64,000 nt of DNA, taken from positions 1 through 64,000 of the forward strand of contig RSEE01000156.1 of assembly GCA_003971905.1 (NCBI GenBank), written 5' to 3'. The stretch comes from Moniliella sp. 'wahieum' (taxonomy: Eukaryota). Below, piece by piece: positions 1 to 13,800 of the stretch. The notes under the pieces are model-generated. The model was given only the letters and a program-made list of their open reading frames with translations. It searched no databases and was not told where the DNA came from. Within the stretch, counting starts at the first letter, position 1. Each line of letters starts with the position of its first letter. The position numbers and the translations under genes were made by a program.

Positions 1-878
1 CAGCCTCACACCCACAGCTCATCTCACAATGTGACGTAGGTGGCCAAAGGGAGCCAATGCAAGGACAATCCAGAGCACTCAGGATCCGTCAACAGGAAAG
101 TTGTTGACCACCGCGGTCGTCCAAAAGCCCGTCGGCCTTCAGTGGTACGTGGCCAGACACACGCAGTGCATTGAGGCAGAGTGAGTCTCGGATCTTGACA
201 GCTTCCACTGGCTTCCGTTTCCGAAACTCATATCACGGTCCTTGGGTCCAGCTCTCCTTAGTAGCTCTGCAATGCCATCTCCATTTTTGTCCAATGTTTG
301 CTAGACCCTGGCAAAAAGTCACCCCATCGAGTCCGCGGCTCTATGGCAGAGAGCAGTTACTCCTTGGAATTACTACCTCTGATACTCCATGGTACTCCGT
401 CTGGGACTCCTGCCTGGGATTCCTCGTGCGTCTAGATCAGGAACTGGCAGAAGGGGAAAAATTACATGCAATCATGGACCAAAACAAACATTCAATTAAT
501 TATACCACTCTCCACGTGCCTTCGTTATACAAAGAAAAAGGCCCAATCGCTTGAACTCCGAAGGTGCGAGCAAAAAGGGTACGAGGACGGACTGAACAAG
601 CATAGAAAAAGCCGCTATGATTGCCGAGGGCAAAAAAGATTCTAACAGAGCTTATTGCCTGGTATGGCCTGGTATCTTGCTAGTATGCATGTCCGTGCGC
701 TACGCCGACTGCGCTATTCCGACGACCAATGGCTGGTCTCGGACCTCACACGCCACACGCCACATGTGGCATGGGGCACGTGACATGCGACAGGACTGCT
801 GCGCCTGCCGCACAGCGCGCGCCTCAGCGTTTCCACGGCATACCGCCTCCGAACGCCGCAAGCAACAGCAAAGGGGCT

Positions 879-887
879 TATAAATAT
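879..887 (+). promoter_or_regulatory. TATA box upstream of small secreted protein gene
   Basis: TATAAATA about 115 bp upstream of ATG 995, followed by a C/A-rich leader. Confidence 0.5.
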
Positions 888-994
888 GAACCCACGCAAA
901 CGCCCCTTATGCTATTCCTCCACCCTCTTGCCTACCAACAACACCCGTACTCGCCAACCTCAACCCCAAGCCTAACTCCAACTCAGCCAACATA

Positions 995-1449
995 ATGTAC
1001 GTTTCTTCGCCACTGCTCTCGCTCTCGCCGGTACCGCCGCTATGGGCGCGGCCAATGCCGCACCGGCCCTGTCCAAGCGCTACGACGACCGCACCCTCGT
1101 CAACTTCTCTTCGCAGAACGGCACAACCTTCTGCGAGAAATGGGTGAGCGACTGCCAAAACTACCAGCCGGAGAACAAGGACCTCCGCTACATCGCGTCT
1201 CACTGCTACCCGGGAGACTACCGGGGTAACAACAAGGATACCAGCGCCTTGGTATACTGTTCCTATGGGGTTTACACTTCCGTCCTCCACCACGTACGTC
1301 TTCCTCTCTCGCCTTGTTCTCCCTAGTCCTGTGACGCCTTGTTGCGGAGAAAAGCTTCAGTATGGATTCGCTGACCGCGTTGACCTCTCGGTGTGACTCT
1401 TCTTTTTTCGTTACAGATCGAGAAGGAGACTGGCGCTTGGACTGCGTAA
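995..1449 (+). CDS. Small secreted cysteine-containing protein (signal peptide, KR processing site), 2 exons
   Basis: ATG 995; after one frameshift near 1005 reads FATALALAGTAAMGAANAAPALSKR|YDDRT...C..C..C..C. Phase-0 intron GTACGT 1294 to TTACAG 1416; last exon IEKETGAWTA-stop (TAA 1447-1449). Confidence 0.7.
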
Positions 1450-2047
1450 AAAAACCACTTTCTACAGAACAGGGGTTTCTTGTATTAGTTTCCAGCTCGA
1501 TTTACACTTGGCCGCTCTCCCTATTGACGTCGTGTTCAGTGACTTTTTTTTTGCGCTACAAGGTGTTGGACTTGATCAGATCTCGCAGCAGTGAGAGTGT
1601 GTTGCGTCGGTATACATCTCACAATCGTTCTGCTACATACACGGGGTGCTTTGGTGTGTCCAAAGCTGGAAAGGACATAAGGGGGTCTTTGTTGTTGCAG
1701 TCGATAATGTCTGCCAATGCCTGCATATCCATGCGGAGCACCTCGGATAGTTTGGGGGCAGAGCATGGAGCAACAGAAATGAAGAGCAAAAAAATGCCTC
1801 TTGGCCGAATCGAACGACCGATCTTCTCATACCAGCAAGTCTTACTAGTAGATGCTTTACCACTGAGCCAAAGAGGCTAATTGGTGAGCCTAGTATCTGA
1901 AGATGTTCCGTTAGAGCATTACCTAATCCACATTCTATTGCCGGCTTTTGTCTGCTCGTCTTGACGGTGGTGACGCAGGAGATGAAAGGCGTAATTGGGC
2001 CTCGGTTAGGACTATCGTTGTGTCCGCCACCACCCGTAACTTGGACG

Positions 2048-2538
2048 ATGACAACGCTACGCTTCTGCCAGGAGTGCAACAACCTTCTCTACCCCGAGGA
2101 CCGGACCAACCATGTGCTGCTGTACAGCTGCCGCAATTGCGACTACCGCGAAGAGGCGGCAAACCACCTTGTCTACCGCAACGACCTCATGTCCATCTCC
2201 CAAGAACAACCAGGCCAGATCGAAGGCTTGGTAAAGGACCCCACTCTGGCTCGTATCCAGCAGCACTGCCCACACTGTGGAAACGAAGAGTGCGTTCCCT
2301 CCCTCCCTACCCCCCACCCTCTCCGCCGCTCCCTCTCTTGCGCGTGTGTGGGGAAGAGAAGCCTAACGCATGACCATTGTGCAGAGCGGTCATGTTCCAG
2401 GACCAGTCCAAGCGGATCTACAACCGCATGATCCTCTTCTTCGTTTGCACCCATTGTGAGCGCCTTTACACCGACCCAGGCGTCAAGCGGCGACCTGGTG
2501 CTGCTTCTGCACCAGGAAACGACATGGATACCTTCTGA
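2048..2538 (+). CDS. RPB9: RNA polymerase II subunit RPB9
   Basis: MTTLRFCQECNNLLYP...YSCRNC, DPTL, CPHC; intron 2290-2384 (GTGCGT..CTAAC..CAG); exon 2 gives MILFFVCTHC. Two zinc ribbons typical of RPB9. Confidence 0.93.
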
Positions 2539-2922
2539 GCCCCGCCCCCCCCCTTCCCTGGCTTGCCTAAGCTACCTCCCCCTCTGCTGGCCGTTCACAT
2601 TGTCAAACATCTAGTCGCCCCCCCCGCCGCCCTTCCACTTTTCCGCTTCCAAAAACCAAAATTGTACTACCAGTCTTCTCCCCTCTGCTGGTGCGTACCA
2701 GCTTGCCAGGTGAGCGAGTGGATGGAGAGAGCGGAGTGCGTGGATTGCTAGTTAGTTTTCTTGGTTGCCGTTGCCACCTGCACTTGCGCACAGGCCGAAG
2801 GGAACAAGGATGCCGAGTAGGGCAGTTCAGCGAGCTCGAGAATGTCTTGCGTTTCCCAGAACACTACGAGCCGGCCAAGCAAAGAAAAAGGAGAAAAGGG
2901 GAGAAAAGGGGAGGAGGGCAGG

Positions 2923-3367
2923 TTAGTTGGTCTTCGTCCCTTTGTCCACAACGAAGACAATGGATAGTATACCAAAGAGACAGGGCACCAACTTCAGGGC
3001 CCCTTTTCCCATCAGGTTCATGGGCTCATTGGCTCATTGGTTCATGGATTGCAACGTACCATGGCTAACCCAAAACAAGAACCGGTTTTTCTTCCCAGTG
3101 CAACTGTTCCGACCAGGGCAACGTCATGGCCAACGCAGGCACACATCCAAACACCACAAGTGCCACCTGCATCGAGCCAACGCAGTCCGCCACCCCCCGT
3201 TCTTCGTCAGTCCCATTTCTTACCTGTGCTAGACCACAGGAATCGGTAGGTGGGAGAGGGGACGCACCTAGCGCGTTAACCAGCGCGCCCTGAGCGGCAT
3301 CGAGCATGACTACCGCCGAACGTTGCCATAGGGAGGGCAGAGGGACTACCGCGCCGGCAGCGGACAT
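2923..3367 (-). CDS. Possible small membrane protein (hypothetical)
   Basis: ATG 3367 opens MSAAGAVVPLP...; hydrophobic segments (VALVVFGCVPALAM, LVPCLFGILSIVFVV) and a GTACGT donor near 3059. No family recognised. Confidence 0.25.
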
Positions 3368-4391
3368 TTGGCGAGACAATGATGCAAACAACCAATGTTG
3401 AGCGGGAAGGGGGGGAGAAGCAACGTGTCTGCTTCGGATCAAAAACTGCCAAAACGCAGTTTTTTGAGGGGGTAAGAGCGGTGCGGGAGGGGGGTAGAGA
3501 CGTGGTGGGGGATCCAAGTGTTGTTGGCAGGGAGTGGTGATGGATGGTCGTGTGAGGAGATGCAGGCAGCGACACAAAGGGTTCTGGTTTAGTGCAGTGA
3601 GCTCACGGCTCACGTAGGTGCCAACTGTGACATGAGAACCGACGGAGGACGGGGAGTCTGGCTTGACGTTATCAGAAGACCCATGCTGTTATTTGGCCGA
3701 CCCGGAACTGCTTGGGCTTGAGTGGATTGCTATCGCTGCAAGTGAGTTGGCACACGCACAGCTCGATCACTGGTCACCTGTCACCGGTCACCGGTCACTC
3801 CAGTGACAGAATACTCGCGCAGTCAGCTAGTGCCAGACTTTAGCTTGACCGAGGGAGGGATCGGTGATCTCGCATCCACTGCCAATCTCTCTGCCTCGTC
3901 CATACATTCACCCCCCCGATAAAAGACCACCCACCACCTCCAGGCTATATCGGGAGCGCCCCTCCACGACCTCAGCTCCATCTATGCGGCATACCATATA
4001 TGCCACTTACTCACCGCAGACCATTCTGAGTGCAAGATGGATTTTTTTCGAGGAGGGATATCTACCGTTCGGAGGTAGACCGAAGTCTCTCATCCCATTC
4101 CACCACAATGGGCCCAGGAGCTGGGAGTAGAGAGACCTGGCACCAGTCCTCCTCATCCCCCGCCCGGTCACCTACTCCAAGGCACCGTTCACCAGCACAC
4201 GCACCACACCACCGCACTCGCCTCCGCGCCCAAGGGGGGCAAGGTGCGGTTAAGGTGATACGGGCCCGTCCCGCTACATGGGGAAACCGAACGGGAAAAG
4301 GAGGGAAAGGAGCAAGTGGAGCGCATAGTATGAGTCCGGCTCCGGGACGGGGAAGGGGGGCGGGGGAAAAGGAAGGGAGAGGGACCTAGGT

Positions 4392-6399
4392 TTAATCACC
4401 CAGGAAGAAGTAGTCACCCGACAGTTTCTGCTCCTTGTCCTTGACCGAGTCGGTCTTGTTCACACGAGGACGCAGGTTGGTCGGGTCACGACGCATCGTG
4501 ACGCCCAAGGTGGCCAGGAAGGAGTTCATACCTGTCAAGAGCGATTCGGGCGACTTGGCCAAAGCGTTGATGGAGGGCGTACCCTCGTAGACAATGACGC
4601 GGTCCGCAAGGTAGGTGGCCATAATAATGTCGTGCTCGATCACCATGGCTGTCTTCTTGGAGTGGAGAATAAAGCGCTTGATCATCCGTGCTGCTAGGAT
4701 ACGCTGTTCCGAGTCGAGGTAGGCCGACGGCTCGTCGATCAGGTACAGATCCGCGGCCGTACCCAGCGCCAAGACCAGCGCGACACGCTGCAACTCCCAC
4801 CCGACAAGGTCTGGACTTCTTGGTCGATAATGTTGTCGAGGAACATGGGCTTGACCACGTCGCTCTGGAATTGAGGGTGCATAAAGGCCCCCTTGATCTT
4901 CTTGAGCAGCAACATCCGCACCGTGCCTTCAAACTTGGGTGCAATCGTCTGCGGCTTCATCGATACCTTCATCTGCGGCAACTTGTCTCCACCCTCGTCC
5001 GGCTTCAACTTGCCCGCCAGCATCTTGACAAACGTCGTCTTGCCCGTCCCGTTCTCACCGAGGAAGACAAGAATCTCTGAATCGTTAAAGGAGCCAGGCT
5101 GGATCTCGAGGGAGAAGTTGCCAAGCTTCTTCTTCATTGCTGGGTACTTGTATGCCCGGTTACTCTCCACCACCGTGTCGTCGGCCGTCTCGGCAATCTT
5201 GAATGTCAAGCTCTCTTCGCGGAAACGCATGTTTTCAGCCGGGATGTAGCCATCCAGGAAGATGTTGATGCCCTCACGAACGGGATAGGGAACAGTAACC
5301 ACACCGTACACCGAAGGCACACCGTACAGGCAGCACACATAGTCCGAAAGGTAGTCCAGCACACTCAAGTCGTGCTCGACGCAAATGACATACGTGTCGT
5401 CGTCCAACATGTCCCGAATCATTCGCGCCGCATTGAGACGCTGCTTGACATCGAGGTAGGACGACGGCTCATCAAACATGTACACGTTGGCGCGCTGGAC
5501 GCACGACATGCCAATGGCAAAGCGCTGCAGCTCTCCACCGGACAAGTTCTTCACGTCGCGGTCCAACACGGGCCTCAGGTCCAGCGTAGCTACAATCTGC
5601 TCCTTGTTGTCCCGCTCCAACTTGCCATCGAGCATCTGCGATACTGTCGCCTTGCCCTTGACGGCACGAGGGATGTGGTCGACATACTGGGGCTTGATGA
5701 GCGCCTTGATGTTGTCCTCCAGCACCTTGGTGAAAAAGTTCTGCAGCTCCGAGCCACGGAAGTAGCGCAGAATTTCTTGCCAGTCAGGCGGGTCCGAGTA
5801 GCGGCCCAAGTTGGGCTTTTGCTTGCCAGCCAAAATCTTCAGCGCGGTCGACTTGCCAATTCCATTGGTACCGACCAGACCGAGCACTTGGCCCGCACGA
5901 GGCTGTGGCAGCCGATGCAGCTTGAAGCTGTTGGGGCCGTAGCGGTGGGTAACCTCCGAGGTCAAGTTGGTAGGCAGCTTGATAATCGTAATCGCCTCAA
6001 ACGGGCACTTTTTCGGACACTGCACTCACAAAACACGCAGCCAGACACACACACACAGACATCAGTCAGTGGACGCACTAGCGAAAGAAACGAGGGGGAA
6101 GCGAGGGGTCGAAACACACAATACCACAACCAATGCACAGTTGCTCAGAGATAAACGCAATCTTGCTCGAAGGTGTGACTTCAATGCACAGACGGCCCAT
6201 CCGGACCACCGGGCAGGAACGCTTGCATTCCTGGTTGCACTTTTTGGGCTTGCACTTGTCGGTGTTGACTGGAAGGAGCGAGTTAGGAGGACCCGGGGCG
6301 GAGAGGGGGGGGAAGGGGACGGGGACACGTACCAATGGCAATGCGCTGCTCCTTCTCGACAGGCTCAGAGCTACCGGTGACCTTTTTCTTGGGCGGCAT
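4392..6399 (-). CDS. RLI1: ABCE1/RLI1 Fe-S ABC ATPase (ribosome recycling)
   Basis: [15 protein letters not shown] and CIGCGICPKKCPF Fe-S motifs; two Walker A motifs ([18 protein letters not shown]), [12 protein letters not shown]. Introns 6269-6332 and 6020-6119; one frameshift near 4797. Confidence 0.97.
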
Positions 6400-7149
6400 G
6401 GCGGACAGCTAACAGCGGTGGTGGTGGTGGTGGTAGGCCAGTCGAGAGTGGGCAGCGGCGGGCAGCGCAACTGCTCCGTTCCGCCGTCTGAGGTTGAGGT
6501 TTGGTGGGTCTTGGCCTGCCTATGCCCTGCTCGCCGGCTCACCCTCCGCCTCACCCATCCACGCGAAGACTTTTTTTTTCTCCCTCGGCGCGGCTGCCAT
6601 TAATAATTAATTCCGCCTGACACTAGTGCGGTGCCGGGAGGAGAGGGCGGAACGGGCAACCCTAGCGACGGCCACAGTGCTGCCGTGCGGCGCTTGCGCC
6701 TGTGGTTGGTTTGGCCATCCATCCAGGGGACGACCAGACGAACACGTGGGGCAGTGAGGGGAATCAGACAAAGTGGGTGCAATGTGGAACGAATGGGACC
6801 ACCACATGCGCATGAACCCTGGTCACGTGATCTCCCGGTTGCGACGGGTAGGCGCAGCCGCTTCGACGCACATTTTGTCAGAAATCCCCCGCGCTATGCT
6901 CATTTAACTTCCATAGAAGCGAGTCACCAGCCAGTCAAGTCACCAATAGCCCCCTACTCAAGGTTACTCACTACCCACCATCCTGCCTGTTGGCTGTGCT
7001 GGGCTCTCTCTTGTCTACCACCATGTTCCGGCAAGGCGTTGAGGTGCGTGGGTGCTTGCTGTTCTCACGCACACACTCTCTCGATCTTATACTTTTCTAG
7101 CAGTCGCCCTCTCTCTAACCCCTCTCTTCTCTCTCTCATCGACCTGCAG

Positions 7150-8930
7150 ATGGTGGATCTGACTGGCTCCAGCGTCATTAGCTCGGATTCGGAACTGGTT
7201 CTTGAGGGGGAGGTGAACGCCATGAACATTGGCAGCAGCTTGAACTCTACGCCTGGATCCGACGATGAAGGCTCGGTCGAAGACTTTATTTTTGACTTTG
7301 GCAGCGATCCAGATGAGAATGAACACGGAATCACGAGTCTACACTGGGAAGAGGACTCCGATCAAAACATGCCGTACGAAGTCGACTGCTCCCCGCTTAC
7401 CGAGCGGCAGCTGGTTCGCATGGAAACCGAGATGGTCCACGACGTGGCTACCACGTTCAATTACGATGTACGTCCTTCTCCCTCCTTTCCCCTCTCCTAT
7501 GATCTCCACCCCTTCAATCGGCCATATAGCTAACCTTTCCATCGTCTTCCTATTTATCATACTTCTCCCCTCCCCCAGATGAACGAAGCAGCAACGCTCC
7601 TGCGCCACCTCAAATGGGACAAAGAACGCTTGTTTGACCAACTTCTTGCATGCCCAACACATGATTTGCATACGGAAGCTGGCGTCCTGCTGCATGCCCC
7701 CCCCGATCCTTCAGACCTTAACGGCCGTCGACGATTTTACCTGTAAGTGTGCTACAGTTCTACTGAGAAGTTAGTTCCAGTGGCTTCGTCTGCTCCACGA
7801 CAGAGCCATGACCAGGAGGGGACAACGATGCAGGTTCTCAGGCTTGCGTGTGGACACCGGTACTGCACCGATTGTTATACCCACTGTCTTACGCTGCAGA
7901 TTGAGGAGTACCAAGCACCTGGAACAATCAAGTGCATGAACGAGGACTGCAAGGTGGTGTTGGGGGACGGGCTAATCAAGAAGCTGGTGTCGGTCGAGGT
8001 GTGGGTCAAGTACCGTCGGCGCTCATCCGGCTGTTGGTGGACCACCTTGGTTCGTTGCGCTGGTGTCCTAGCCCAGGGTGCGACATGGCGGTCCAATGTA
8101 GTATTAGTATCCCTCCTCGTCGCGTCGGTGGGCTATGCTCGACCCGGCTGTCACCTGCGGCCGTCGAGGTCATGCCCCGTTCTGCGTTGCTTGCGGCCAC
8201 GAGGAGGCGCATGCCCCCTGCCCGTGCCCGATCGTCCAGGCGTGGTTGCAAAAGATGTGCGATGAGAGCGAGACGTTCAATTGGCTCCGGTTGCATACCA
8301 AACCCTGCCCCCACTGCGCATCGAGCATCGAAAAGAATGGCGGGTGTAACCACATGACCTGTCGACAATGCGGGCACGAATTTGCTGGGTCTGCTCGAGA
8401 GACTGGCACATTCACACCGACGCGTGGACTTGCAATCGGTTTCTTCCCCAAGACCAATAGAACCAGAGGGACGCGAGGGTCGCATTGATGCGGTACCAAC
8501 ATTACCTTAAGCGGTATCGGAATCATCACCGTTCTGCCCAACTGGACGAAAAGTGGGCCCGTAACGTGGTTGGCCAAGTGCACCAGCTCCAAGAAGAGAG
8601 CCAGCTGGGTTGGACTCCGTTGAATGCGTTGCAACAGATGGCCGTGCCTGCAGCAGCCGATCTCGGCACACGCTCAAGTGGACCTATGCCATGGCGTTTT
8701 ACCTCGAGCGCAATGCGGAGGTAGAGATATGGGAGGACAATCAGCGCGATTTGGAACGCGCAGTCGAAGAGTTGTCGGAGCAATTTCAGACTACCATCGA
8801 CCCGGCGACGTGGCTGGCGTTCCAAGCCAAGGTGCGCGACTTGGCCGTCTATGCGGAACGCCGCCGCCAAGTGGTGGTCAAGCATACGTTACAGGGGTTT
8901 GAGGAGGGACGATGGAAGTTTACCATCTAG
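7150..8930 (+). CDS. ARI1: Ariadne-family RBR E3 ubiquitin ligase (ARI1/HEL1-like)
   Basis: Acidic N-terminus; intron 7468-7579; RING1 (CGHRYCTDC), IBR (LRWCPSPGC..HAPCPC), RING2 CPHCASSIEKNGGCNHMTC; Ariadne domain (TLKWTYAMAFYL, EDNQRDLE). Several frameshifts. Confidence 0.88.
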
Positions 8931-10819
8931 CTGGTGGTCATTTGGCTCGCTCTCCATCCAGCTCTACTCAACACAACCTCATCATGATTCCCTCTTTACC
9001 TGTGGCCGCCCTTACGTGTTTTGATGGGAGCACATATCATACCTCCTGCCATATGGTAATAGAAGATGTATATTTCCCCCCAATAAGCTGTCTTGACCGC
9101 CTACTAGTTCTACCATCTAAGAGTTCTATGGCAGCTGGGGTCGATGAGGATATCGATTGAGATTCGGATTATGTGGACTCGTCCAGGGGGGGTATACCAT
9201 ACGAAAAGAGTAGACAGCAGACATTCGGGATTTTGTCCGCTCCGCGTTGTTGTTTCAGAGAGCGGACAGATGACGCCTTTGGGCGCAGCACTGCGCGCCC
9301 ACCTTCGTCGGAGCAGGATGCACAACGTGTATAATCAACCTGTGTGGGGGGGGGAAGGGGCTAGGAGCGCTCAAGCTGAGCGCTCAGGAGCGCAACGTTA
9401 AGCGTTAGTAAACCTGTTCTTAGTGGACTACGGCCAGCAGATCGACTGGGCGGGACAAAGACAGGGGGCGGTTCCTTGGCGCGGGTCCAGCCGGGCGAGG
9501 TCTGAGGATCTGAGATGCGATCGAGGAGATCAAAAGGAGTAAGGGATTTGAAGCTGGAGGCGGGGGAAAGAGGAAGAGGGGGAAAGGATGATCGATGAGG
9601 CTAGGTCCCGCCAAGTAGAGAGAATGCAATAGCGGGGATGGTGGACGGTGGGTGGTGGAGGTGGAGGCGCCGCTGCTGGTCAGCGATACTGGGACGATGA
9701 GGCCTGAGGTACAACAAACCAAAGCTTGCGATGGCTGGGTGGGGCAGGTGGAGAACAGGGCGTAGCCCGAGCTAACTTTGGCTTTTATCGATGTGTGATG
9801 TGATGCGTGATGCATGATGCATGATGTGGAAAAGGGGCGCCGAGCGAGGAGAGCGGGTTGGAACGGGCAAGAGTGGCGGGGTGCGTGGGACAGGAACATG
9901 CGCCCAATGGCCGCAAGCCACAGGGGGAGGCAGGGGCTGCTGGGTGGTCTTGGGTGGCGCATGCTGCATGCTGCATGACGTCAGGGTGCCTCCGCCGGTT
10001 GGAGATGGGATGGGCTGGCATGGGCTCTGGCATGGGGGCTTGCTGGCAGCCGCAGCGGCTGGGCTGGCTGTGCCCTGGGTGCCCCGCCGAGGACGCTCTG
10101 GCGGCTCAGCCGGCGGACTGAGCCAGTGCTGAGCCAGCTGGACCGCAGCGCCTCAGCGCGCTGTGTATGTGCCTGTGCGACTCGGCCATGCTCTCGGTGT
10201 CTCCTGAATTAGCTCTGCTTTGCTCCGCAGTCTGGCGACGAGAGGAAGGGAGTGGGGCGAGTGGATGTCCTGGGCGATTTGATGATCGAGGAGAGGGTGC
10301 GAGACGTGTAAGTGAGAGACTAGACTAGCAAGGACGATGCGTCGCAACGGGTAGCACCATACGGAGATGGGTGGCGGAGCGCAAGTGCTGACACACGGCA
10401 GGCGCGGGCAGACGACGTGACGCGTGATGGGCGCGTGGGCCGAGTGCGGCCGCTGCGGCTGCGGCGGCACTGGCGCACTCTAACCCTTTCCCGTCCCAGC
10501 AGCTACCGCATGCTTGCGTTCAACGTACGTTGAGCGTTCACGTTCGGGCGCTCTCTCATCCACCGCATCCTCACCGGTCAGCGTAACCTCAGGGCCTCGC
10601 TTGCGCTGCAAGGAGAGGTGGGTGACAACACTGGCCCAGTGCAGCGCATGTCAAGCCCAAGTGCACTTTAATCCTAGTCGGCCCAGTCGAGACGAAGAGG
10701 AGGCGCATCTCCCAGACGCCAGTGCGTGCGTCCTCGTGTCGCCTTCTGCTTCCTTCTCCTCCTTCTCCTCCTCCTTCTCCGCCTCCTCCTCTTCGTTCTC
10801 TCCTCCTCTCTTGGGCCCC

Positions 10820-13800
10820 ATGCTCCACAGCCCACATCCGCGCCCGCCATCCCGCGCCCCCGCTGCCGCCCTCCTACGCGCAACTAGCGTCCTTGCTGCC
10901 CACCCTCCCGCCCTCCCCCCCTCCTTGCCGCTGCCTCCACCACCTCCACTGCCTCCACAGCCCCCGATGCCCAGGCCGAGGTCCTCGCCCTTATTGTCCA
11001 AGCCTCGGCCCAAGAAGCAGCAGCCCAAGGGCTGGTCCAACGGAAGCTATGTGGTGGGCCACGCCACGCGCCAAGTCTCGCGGAGCCCTACCTCGCTGCC
11101 CTCGGCCTCACTCCTGCTCCCGAACTACTGACTCGGCCTGCTGCCCCCCCCGCCGCTGCGAGCCTGCCAGCTGTGGCTGTGACAGTGAGCACCCCTGGAG
11201 CAAGCTCCGAGACCAGCGGCACCTCCCCTCTCCCTCCCGCCAGTGTGGATAAGCGACAGTGGTACGAGTCGGACCCTATTGCCGACCTCAAGCTGGGTGG
11301 AGTGCCGAGCATGCCCCTCATGCCAGGCCCTCAGCTGCAGATGCTGCCACCCCCCGACTCGCCCGAATTTATGCTGGAGCATTTCTCCAAGATGGCCGCT
11401 ATTGGCCGGGCTGCTCGCTTGGCCCAGTCGCCTCTGCCAGCCAAGGCCAAACCGGCCACCTCCAACACCCCCACCGCCACCCCAGATCTGTCCCATCCAC
11501 CAGCCTATGCTGCCTCCTCCTCTTCCTCTCCGAATGCAGCCCCATCCCCCGTCCCCTCTCGCTCCACCCGTGCTGGTTCCGCTGTTGCTGAAAGACAACG
11601 ACGCACACCTGCCACAAAGCTTTTCCCCTTCCAGGTGGTCCAGACGCCCAACGGTACTGCACAGGCTGGATGGTGGATCCCCCGGACGCCCTTGATGGCT
11701 CCAGCAAGCCTACCAGTACTGATGCACCTTACTTCCAGCCTTCGTACGTGTCTCTGCCCTCATTACCATGCACTTGGACGTTGTTCTTTTTGTGTTCGTT
11801 GATGCTGACAGTGAACTCTCTTACCCCGATACCGTTACCTCGATACCAACAGGTACCGCACTCTGAGCCAAGAAGAGTTTTCCGCTTTGGCTAGCTTTGC
11901 TGCCTGCACAACCGCCGCTCTGACGCGCCGAGTGGCCACGAGGGACCCTGATTCACCCTCTGCCTTCCTCCCCCTCGACCCCGAGGAGCAAGCCGACCTG
12001 ATCAACCAGCTCAAGGCCTGGGCTGGACTTGAAGGTGATGAGAAGCAAGAAGCAGCGCTTAAGTTCCTCGAGGAGCGAAAACGGCAGAGTCTTGCGCCTT
12101 CCTTTCTCCATCCCGCCTCCAATGATGATTCAGAGAGCGAAGCGCGTGTCTATCCAGCCTACTTCCCACCCGACTTTGCCAGCCACTACCAAGCACTTCT
12201 ACGGGCTTTGACCGAAGGGTACTATGAGCGCATCCATCTCGAGGACATTGACCGCGCTAAAGAACGAGAGAAGCACAACGCAAATCCTGTTGGGTCAGCG
12301 GCCCAACCTCCCACATCATCCTCCGCCTTTCCCTTCTCTGCCGCTCCCGCAGCGGAGACGCAAGAGCAGAAACTTCTTGTGGTACGCAAAGCCCTGGAGG
12401 GCCAGAATGATGCGTTGTATGGCATGCCCGGCCCCGCGTACAGCACTTCGAACGTGTACCCCACCCTTCCCCAGGAGCAAGATCCGGCAATGCTGATCGT
12501 CACAGGGGCGACGGCGAGCCAATCGGACATAGGGTCCGAGTTAGTCCGAGACAAGCTGCTCCAGTTTGCTCATCACCTGTATGCTACCTCTCTGCCGGGA
12601 ACCAAGACGCTGCATCCTACTTTACTCCCTTTGCTTCACGTCCTCCATGGTCTTCACCCCGCTCCATCTGCCCACGCTGCTTCTTTTCGTGTGCCTACTA
12701 TACTGCGGGCGATTACCATGGCTCGCTCTGGTACAACACCCTCATCCTGCGCCTCGATCCAAAGTACGTGGAGGCAATGAGCAACATTGGTACTACTCTC
12801 CGGTCTCTGGGCCGGTGGAACGAAGCGGAACAGTGGTGGTGGCGCGCGATTCACATCAAGCCAGGGTACTGGGACGCGTACGACAATTTGCTTGGCGTAC
12901 TCTGCTCCCAACGACAAGAAGAGGCGCTGGTTCTTTACTGTCCCCACTTGGTACGCAGGCTGGCGTCGAAAGTTCGGCCCTACCCTACCCCCTGTCGACT
13001 TGCCCGCAACGACACCCAAAGTCGTTATGGGACACGCACGTTTCGACCAGGCTCTGGCGCTTTGTGAGTTGGTGGAGCAGCACGTTACCGGACAGACCTC
13101 CCCAGGCATCGCTACGTGCCCCACTGCGTTGCCGGCGGTTCAGATCCCACGACTGCAAAACCTATACTACACCAAGGGCAATCTCAAGTACGTCATGGCC
13201 AATTACTCGAACCAAGAGGCTGCCAAGGAGTACGAACACGCAGTCGAGCTCGTCCTCTCGCCTTTGCCCTCGCTCGCACGCAACTTGCGCGATTTGGTGG
13301 TGGCCACTTGTATTGGCGCCATTCTTACTTTCGCGTCGACGTGCCGGGCTGTCCCGATGCCCCATTACGTCTGGCCAATGCACTGGGCATCAACCTGGCT
13401 GATCCCTTGCAGGCCCAGATGGTGGGCCGGGGTAAATATGAGGCACTCTTGCGGGAAGGATTGGTGAGCGCCGTGCACCGTGGTGGTGATGCTTTTGGTT
13501 CACACTTTGCTCGAAATGGGCAGGGGCTACCTCCCCATGGTCCTCTTAACCCCGCCAGCTGCTGCCACATTAACGGCTGTGCTCTTCGAGTCGACCCATG
13601 GGTATCTCCCTTCGCTTGTCCAACAGGGTCGGGGGGACGCGGCGGCAGTCAGCACGTCGGTTCAGGCGTCCAACAGCGCCTTGTCGACGGTGCTCATCAC
13701 CCTGTCCAAGCTCTACCAGGATGCAGTTTCGAGCCTGGCCGCGGGACCGCATGCTGCGTTAACATTGGCTGGCATTCCTCCGAGTGTGTCGCTGCTGCTG

